Part shown: piece after piece, positions 58,486 through 64,000 of the stretch | Layout of the letters: each line of letters opens with the position of its first letter | Position numbering within the stretch: the first letter of the stretch is position 1 | NCBI GenBank assembly: GCA_002441245.1 | Contig: DJVP01000012.1 | Location: 116,547 to 180,546, forward strand | Source: Candidatus Omnitrophica bacterium UBA6253 | GTDB lineage: Bacteria > Omnitrophota > Gorgyraeia > Gygaellales > Profunditerraquicolaceae | Direction: 5' to 3' | DNA: 64,000 bases | Made by a program: the position numbers and the translations under genes | The notes under the pieces: model-generated | Told to the model about the DNA's origin: nothing | Seen by the model: only the letters and a program-made list of their open reading frames with translations | Database searches by the model: none

Positions 58486-59411
58486 TCTAAGCTAAGATAA
58501 TCCTGGATTATTTTCTTGTGGTCAAAAGCAAAATCGAGCTTTTCCAGTTCCTGACGTTTTACCACCTTCAAGCCGGCCGCATCGTCACCGGCCTTCGGCT
58601 TTCCTTTTGCCTTGGCGATAAATACCGTACCGACGGTATGAAACCTGGGATCCCTCTTGGGATCCGAATAAGTATGGAACTGGCGTATCTCGGTGAGCTC
58701 CAGGTCCGTTTCTTCTTTTGCCTCCCTTTTTACCGCATCTTCAAGGCTCTCCCCGTAATCTACGAACCCCCCGGGCAAGGCCCATCCGAACGGAGGGTTA
58801 CTGCGCTTGATGATCACTATCCCTTCGGCCAGTTCGATGATTGCATCTACCGTAACATACGGACCGCCGGACAACTTTGTGGTTACATATTCCAAATATC
58901 CCAAAACCCCTTTATTAAAAACCGCAAATGCCTCCTGGTCATAAAGGCAGAAAATAATTTCTTTTAAAGAAGTATCCTCCTCCCGCAAAAGCTTTAATAC
59001 CTCCTGGGCCATAATCTTGGCGGATGCCAAAAGCGGAAAACCTCCAGTGCCGCATCCTAATGCCGGAAAAACAATGGAACTGATTTTTAATTCATTAGCC
59101 AGCGCCAACGCGCTCCTTGCGGCGTCACGGATTTTTACCTCATCGGTCTTAAAATCCATGCCCATGGTCACGGTATGAATTACATATCTTGCCGCCAGCT
59201 CCCCGGCAGTAGTTTCAACCGCCCCCCCTACCTTTATGGGAGATTTCTTCAACGCCTCTTCTTCAATGACCTTACCGCCCTTACGCTTGATTACACCAGC
59301 AACCCCTCCACCCATCAAAAGCTTATTATTTGCGGCATTCACAATCGCATCCGCCCTTGACTCGGTAATATCTCCCAACACCACCTTGATTTCCGTATTT
59401 TTAATCTTCAT
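58482..59411 (-). CDS. Macro domain (ADP-ribose binding/hydrolase) - NUDIX hydrolase fusion protein
   Basis: N-terminus [17 protein letters not shown]...GGGVAGVI...[10 protein letters not shown] is macro-like. C-terminal half carries the [30 protein letters not shown] box. Confidence 0.75.
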   Translation of the reverse strand: MKIKNTEIKVVLGDITESRADAIVNAANNKLLMGGGVAGVIKRKGGKVIEEEALKKSPIKVGGAVETTAGELAARYVIHTVTMGMDFKTDEVKIRDAARSALALANELKISSIVFPALGCGTGGFPLLASAKIMAQEVLKLLREEDTSLKEIIFCLYDQEAFAVFNKGVLGYLEYVTTKLSGGPYVTVDAIIELAEGIVIIKRSNPPFGWALPGGFVDYGESLEDAVKREAKEETDLELTEIRQFHTYSDPKRDPRFHTVGTVFIAKAKGKPKAGDDAAGLKVVKRQELEKLDFAFDHKKIIQDYLSLD

Positions 59412-59468
59412 ACCACTCCCCTTAAAGGCAATTGCCTACAAAGAACAGACATCAACAGGACCCGCCAG

Positions 59469-59885
59469 TTATTCACCGATTATTTTTATTAATACTCGTT
59501 TCTTCCGCTGCCCATCAAACTCCCCGTAAAAAATCTGCTCCCAGGGGCCAAAATCCAGCTTGCCTTTCGTAACCGCCACAAGCACTTCCCTGCCCATAAT
59601 CGTACGCTTCAAATGCGCATCCCCGTTATCTTCGCCGGTCAGGTTATGCTGATACCTGTCTTTACCAAACGGCGCCAACTTCTCAAGCCAGATAGAAAAA
59701 TCTCTATGCAGCCCGCTTTCATCATCATTGATAAAAACACTGGCGGTGATATGCATAGGGTTAACCAGGCATAAACCTTCTTTAATCCCGCTTTTGCGCA
59801 AGGCCTCTTCTACCTGAGCCGTGATATTAATAAAATCCTGTTTTCCCTCGGTATTAAAATAAAGATACTCAGTATGTGATTTCAT
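59469..59885 (-). CDS. YjbQ/UPF0047-family protein (secondary thiamine-phosphate synthase-like)
   Basis: 138 aa with the [25 protein letters not shown] pattern of UPF0047. Confidence 0.65.
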   Translation of the reverse strand: MKSHTEYLYFNTEGKQDFINITAQVEEALRKSGIKEGLCLVNPMHITASVFINDDESGLHRDFSIWLEKLAPFGKDRYQHNLTGEDNGDAHLKRTIMGREVLVAVTKGKLDFGPWEQIFYGEFDGQRKKRVLIKIIGE

Positions 59886-60626
59886 TTACAATTTCTCCAA
59901 TATTAATTTGTCATATTTTTGATCAATTTTGAAATTAAATTTCTTCAGAAAAGACATGCCCAGCAATCCATCTTCGGGAATAGCTGTATTTTCATTTTCA
60001 GGCAAGATCGCCGCCTCTATATTTTTTACCTCGGAATCCTGTACGCTAACACTCTCTAAAATCACCATCCTTGCCTCTGTTTTACGGCCGTCTGCCAGCA
60101 TCAACTCTATCGACTTACCGCCCTTAACATCAGTATCCATCCCTAAATCTTTGGCTATTTTATTTGACAATATTATTAAAGAAGCGCCGGTATCCAAAAT
60201 AAGGTTGGCCTTGACTTTATTGTTCAGCGTGGTTATCACCTTAACATGGCCGCTTTGCTTGTCTACGCTTACCTGCTTTGGCTCATGTTCTCTTCTTAAC
60301 GCTGCCTCTTCAGCCCTTTCCTGCACCTTTGACTTTTCATCAGCCCATTCCTGCCTGATTGATGCAGCCTCTTCAGAAGAAGACCTGACTATCCGCTCTA
60401 TCTGTTTCCTAGAAAATTTCATTGAGCCGAAACTGATCTCCAGGTCAACCTCATCCGCACTTTCTTTCTTAATCAACCCTTCAATGTTGCGCCCGTTTTT
60501 CAAATAAAGGATATCTGCAAATACCTGCAGTTGAAAATTAGACAAAATTAAAAAAGCCAGCGCCGTTAAAATAATATTTAAACGGATTTTTAACATTTTA
60601 TACTTTCGCGGCTGAAACCGCCTCAT
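59886..60626 (-). CDS. Secreted retropepsin-like (clan AA) aspartic protease
   Basis: Signal peptide; LILDTGASLIILS catalytic D-T/S-G motif. The true start is probably the ATG at 60597 (MLKIRLN...). Confidence 0.65.
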   Translation of the reverse strand: MRRFQPRKYKMLKIRLNIILTALAFLILSNFQLQVFADILYLKNGRNIEGLIKKESADEVDLEISFGSMKFSRKQIERIVRSSSEEAASIRQEWADEKSKVQERAEEAALRREHEPKQVSVDKQSGHVKVITTLNNKVKANLILDTGASLIILSNKIAKDLGMDTDVKGGKSIELMLADGRKTEARMVILESVSVQDSEVKNIEAAILPENENTAIPEDGLLGMSFLKKFNFKIDQKYDKLILEKL

Positions 60627-60828
60627 TCACAGAGCAGATAAAACTTATCCGCTCAAGTATTCCGCCTCGACTTTTGTCCGAAGGGCTCAATTTTAGGCAA
60701 TCCTTTAATGGCCTCCAAAGACTTGTGCAGTTTATGTTTTGGAAGCGCATATTTTGTAAGCCTGCCAGACAAAAATTTATCATATCCGGCTAAATCCATC
60801 AGGCCATGTCCGCTGTAGCAAAACAGGA

Positions 60829-62049
60829 TTACTTTCTGCTTTCTTTCTTGGCTTTTTTGGCCTCATCAATAGCACAGGCAATCGCATGGCTGGTCTCAGG
60901 AGCACAGATAGTACCCTCGGTCTTTCCCCAGATCATCGCTGACTCATAACACTTGATCTGATCATATGAACGCGGGTTAATCAGGCCTTTGGCTGCTGCC
61001 TGGCTGACTAAAGGCGCCATACCATGATAACGCAAGCCTCCGGCATGAATCGGCTCAGGCACAAAATCATGCCCCAAGGTATACATGGCCAACAACGGAG
61101 TAAGCCCGGCAGTATCTCCAAAATCATAAGTAAACGGCCCCCTGGTCAATGTCGGGCAAGCTGTAGGTTCAACCGGAATAATCTCAATCTTCTTGCCATG
61201 GATTTTATCACAGATAAACGGAAAAGATACTCCGGCAAAATTGCTGCCTCCTCCTACGCAACCTATAACCACATCAGGAGTTTTCTCTCCGGCTATTTTC
61301 AATTGCTTTTTTGCTTCAAGGCCGATAATTGTCTGATGTAATAAGACATGGTTTAAGACGCTGCCCAAAGAATAACGCGAATTTCCGCTTTTATCGGAAA
61401 CCGCATCCTCTACCGCCTCGCTTATAGCAATACCCAAGCTTCCAGGGGTATGCGGCATCTTCCTTAAGACCTCCCGCCCGGCAGCCGTATCATGGCTGGG
61501 ACTTGCAACACACTTTGCCCCCCAAACCTGCATCATCGTCTTACGCATCGGTTTCTGGTCAAAGCTGATGCGCACCATATAAACCTTACATTCAAGACCG
61601 ATTAGATTACAGGCAAAAGCAATAGCACTTCCCCACTGTCCGGCTCCGGTCTCTGTAGTCAATTTCTTAATCCCGAATTTCTTATTATACCAGGCCTGGG
61701 CCACGGCGGTGTTCGGCTTATGGCTTCCTGCAGGACTGACGCTTTCGTCTTTGTAATAAATACGGGCAGGGGTTTTTAAATATTCTTCCAGCGCCAGCGC
61801 TCGGCGCAACGGAGCAGGCCTCCACAAAGCCAGCATCTCCAATACCTCTTCAGGAATATCAATCCAACGCCTGATTGAAACCTCCTGATCGATTATATTC
61901 ATAGGGAAGACCTTGGCGAGCATTTCAGGCTTAAGCGCCTGGCCATCCGGGCCCAAGGGAGGCTGTATTGGCCCGGGCAAATCCGCGGCTAAATTATACC
62001 ATTGCCTAGGGATATCTTTTTCAGGAAGAATTATTTTATTGAAAGGCAT
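60829..62049 (-). CDS. TrpB2-type tryptophan synthase beta-like PLP enzyme (stand-alone)
   Basis: [19 protein letters not shown]...AGSHKPNTA and the extended TrpB2 N-terminus. The ORF-track upstream extension to 62163 overlaps nth and is rejected. Confidence 0.8.
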   Translation of the reverse strand: MPFNKIILPEKDIPRQWYNLAADLPGPIQPPLGPDGQALKPEMLAKVFPMNIIDQEVSIRRWIDIPEEVLEMLALWRPAPLRRALALEEYLKTPARIYYKDESVSPAGSHKPNTAVAQAWYNKKFGIKKLTTETGAGQWGSAIAFACNLIGLECKVYMVRISFDQKPMRKTMMQVWGAKCVASPSHDTAAGREVLRKMPHTPGSLGIAISEAVEDAVSDKSGNSRYSLGSVLNHVLLHQTIIGLEAKKQLKIAGEKTPDVVIGCVGGGSNFAGVSFPFICDKIHGKKIEIIPVEPTACPTLTRGPFTYDFGDTAGLTPLLAMYTLGHDFVPEPIHAGGLRYHGMAPLVSQAAAKGLINPRSYDQIKCYESAMIWGKTEGTICAPETSHAIACAIDEAKKAKKESRK

Positions 62050-62068
62050 TTTTCTCCTTATCCTTGAG

Positions 62069-62722
62069 TTAACGCGACCTAGCAACACCCCTTCTTTTAC
62101 AAAATCTATAAACTTTACATTTGCTGCAAAATGGCGAAACCGGAAAACATAAATTCTGGCCAAAGGTTACCAGGATAGTGTTTAGTTCAATCCATTCCTT
62201 CCTGGGAACGATTTTTTGCAAAGCAAATTCTGTTTCTTCGGGATCATTTGTTTTTATCCAGCCCAGACGGTTTGAGATTCTATGCACATGCGTATCCACA
62301 CATATTGCGGGAATGCCAAATCCCAAACCCAAAACCAAGTTAGCTGTCTTTCTGCCTACCCCCTTTAAACCTAAGAGCGCATCCAGCCGGTCCGGAACTT
62401 TCCCGGAATAATCTTCTAATAATTTTCTGCTTAAATTCAGGATCACCCTGCTTTTATTGCGATAAAAACCCACCGGGTAAATTAATTTCCGGATCTTCCC
62501 AACAGTTAATTTTAGCATACTCTTGGGCTTATCCGCAACCTTAAACAATCTCTGGCTGGCCGCAATTGTAGTCTTATCTTTAGTGCGCAGAGAAAGTATA
62601 CAGGAGACCAAAACCCGATAAGCATCATGCTTGGCAGAAATCTGGGTAACCGAAGGAATTATACAATCCTTAACCTGCCCTTTTATTAATTTTATAGTTT
62701 TTAATATTTTTTTAGCGCTCAT
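62069..62722 (-). CDS. nth: Endonuclease III (HhH-GPD glycosylase with 4Fe-4S loop)
   Basis: [12 protein letters not shown] HhH motif, VDTHVHR, C-terminal C-x6-C-x2-C-x5-C cluster. Confidence 0.85.
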   Translation of the reverse strand: MSAKKILKTIKLIKGQVKDCIIPSVTQISAKHDAYRVLVSCILSLRTKDKTTIAASQRLFKVADKPKSMLKLTVGKIRKLIYPVGFYRNKSRVILNLSRKLLEDYSGKVPDRLDALLGLKGVGRKTANLVLGLGFGIPAICVDTHVHRISNRLGWIKTNDPEETEFALQKIVPRKEWIELNTILVTFGQNLCFPVSPFCSKCKVYRFCKRRGVARSR

Positions 62723-63651
62723 ATTGATATATCTACGCGCAATTCAGTATATAAACCGTTTTTAATACCCACCTTGCCTAAATCGTCATCTCTGTATTTA
62801 ATCGAACGGTTAAATATATACCCGCCGGAAATTGAGCTTTGGATATATTTATTAACCTGATACTTAACCCCTGCCCCTAAATGCATTTCATTATATTCAA
62901 GTACCGTATTTTTAAGGTTATCTTTGGTTACCTCAAACTCATCCTCTGACATATCCGCCTCAAGAAGCAGGATCAGTTTGTCGTTAAAAACATAGGTAAT
63001 TTCAGGTTTACTGGGAGTAATATTAAAGGTAAGTCTGCCGTCAGGTTTATAGATAAAACCTAAAATCGGCTCAACTACATCTTTAAAACTTGGGAAAACC
63101 CCTACACCGCAGATGAAGGTCAATTTTTTATCAAACTGATGAATAAAAAAGTAGCGTTGCGGCAAGCGGAAGGTCGAGGAATTAAAGTTCCAACTATCAG
63201 AATAAAATGATGGCGCAAGCCCAAGAGTAAGATAAGTTTTATCAAAAAAGAATGGCAGGATAGTCTCAACACCGAATGATATTTGGGTTAAATGCGCCGG
63301 AAGTTTTACGCTGGTTGTATTATTTATCCCTATATACCTGGAACCGATAGCAAGCTCAACCGGTAATTCTCCGAAAACTTTCAGATCATAGCTAAATTCG
63401 GAAGCCGAATCCGTAACTGCCACTTTACCCGATTTTGCATCGACAGAACAGGAAGGCATATAACGCACATAACTATCAAGTTCATAAGGCAATTCATCTT
63501 CTTTTATCGCTATAACCCGCCCGAGCTCCTGGCGATATTCCGGGTTTACTAAAACAGCAGCGGTTTCTGTATCCGCACCCAAACAATAAACCTGGCCAAA
63601 TAAAACAATAAACAAAACAAACAATACTGGTTTAAATTCCTGCTTTTGCAC
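62719..63651 (-). CDS. Hypothetical secreted/outer-membrane protein
   Basis: Signal peptide, beta-rich alternating pattern. No family recognised. Confidence 0.4.
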   Translation of the reverse strand: MQKQEFKPVLFVLFIVLFGQVYCLGADTETAAVLVNPEYRQELGRVIAIKEDELPYELDSYVRYMPSCSVDAKSGKVAVTDSASEFSYDLKVFGELPVELAIGSRYIGINNTTSVKLPAHLTQISFGVETILPFFFDKTYLTLGLAPSFYSDSWNFNSSTFRLPQRYFFIHQFDKKLTFICGVGVFPSFKDVVEPILGFIYKPDGRLTFNITPSKPEITYVFNDKLILLLEADMSEDEFEVTKDNLKNTVLEYNEMHLGAGVKYQVNKYIQSSISGGYIFNRSIKYRDDDLGKVGIKNGLYTELRVDISI

Positions 63652-63670
63652 CTAAATCCCCTTCTGGATA

Positions 63671-64000
63671 TTAAGGCTTTCTGCCAAAAAGCACATCGGT
63701 AAGCCCTTTGATAATATTAGTTACCGCCGGTTTAAAGCCATATTTTGGCTCACGAAGCGTGCCGCTTAATTTAATTACGCCGATTTTGCCAACCTGCCCC
63801 ATAAAAGCCGTGGTAACATCCTTTAATGTTCCGCTTAAAGGGACCATCTCGCTTATAATATCCACGTCTAAAGTTCCCGCCAGTGAACCGTTAAAGCCTA
63901 TTTTTAACGGTCCGGAAAGTTCGGCAATATTACTTTTAAGTTTTAAATTATCCGTATAAGCAAAATTATCTTTTACCAGGAAAGTACAGGCGCATTCTGA
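63671..64000 (-). CDS. C-terminal fragment of a larger protein continuing past the window end (AsmA/TamB-like C-terminus?)
   Basis: Manual translation is open from 64000 down to the stop at 63671 (...GTLREPKYGFKPAVTNIIKGLTDVLFGRKP). Family assignment is weak. Confidence 0.35.
   Translation of the reverse strand, partial: SECACTFLVKDNFAYTDNLKLKSNIAELSGPLKIGFNGSLAGTLDVDIISEMVPLSGTLKDVTTAFMGQVGKIGVIKLSGTLREPKYGFKPAVTNIIKGLTDVLFGRKP

Noticed and set aside
60598-60783. 61-aa minus-strand ORF between trpB2 and the aspartic protease gene
   Set aside because: It overlaps the probable protease start region, has a Cys/Ser-rich low-complexity composition and no RBS. More likely it is a non-coding leader or terminator region.
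62050-62163. Upstream extension of the trpB2 ORF overlapping nth
   Set aside because: The conserved TrpB2 N-terminus begins at the internal ATG (62049). The extension would overlap the nth coding sequence in a different frame.

Overview
The window is a densely packed bacterial chromosomal segment with about 45% GC. Roughly 68 protein-coding genes sit on the minus strand and one on the plus strand, a Ski2-like helicase. I saw no rRNA, tRNA, CRISPR array or obvious mobile element. The genes are those of a diderm (LPS-producing) organism, possibly an uncultivated lineage. Housekeeping blocks are uppS-cdsA-dxr-rseP-ispG-proS, purA, serA with a class-V aminotransferase, tig-clpP, and xerC-topA-dprA-aroK with aroC nearby. 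A Kdo/LPS block reads kdsB-kdsA-kdsD-kdsC-lptC/A-lptB plus an hldE kinase domain and waaA. A large LPS core-glycosylation locus (32.5-41.8 kb) is built from fused GT9/GT4 domains and an LpxL-ELM1 fusion, ending at lpxK. The most interesting candidate system is a translationally coupled operon at 27.4-32.5 kb. It encodes an ArsR repressor, an MMPL/RND-type inner-membrane exporter, a LolA-like periplasmic protein, an outer-membrane beta-barrel and a DUF2892-like small membrane protein. It is preceded by a near-perfect sigma70 promoter overlapped by a 40-bp palindromic operator. This looks like a complete, self-regulated trans-envelope lipid or glycolipid export pathway. Other notable items follow. 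Two paralogous CpaF/TadA-family ATPases bracket proS. A large secreted protein combines a 5'-nucleotidase-like domain with degenerate metal ligands and Cys-rich thioredoxin-like domains. A STAS-PilZ fusion sits next to OsmC. A guanine-deaminase-like and a yeast-type cytosine-deaminase-like gene flank a UbiA prenyltransferase and two unknown membrane proteins. A Macro-NUDIX fusion lies convergent with the helicase, next to a membrane-anchored SNase nuclease coupled to an unknown protein. A deoxyhypusine-synthase-like gene sits beside hldE. All calls come from reading the translated ORFs and motifs by eye. I could not run any database search.
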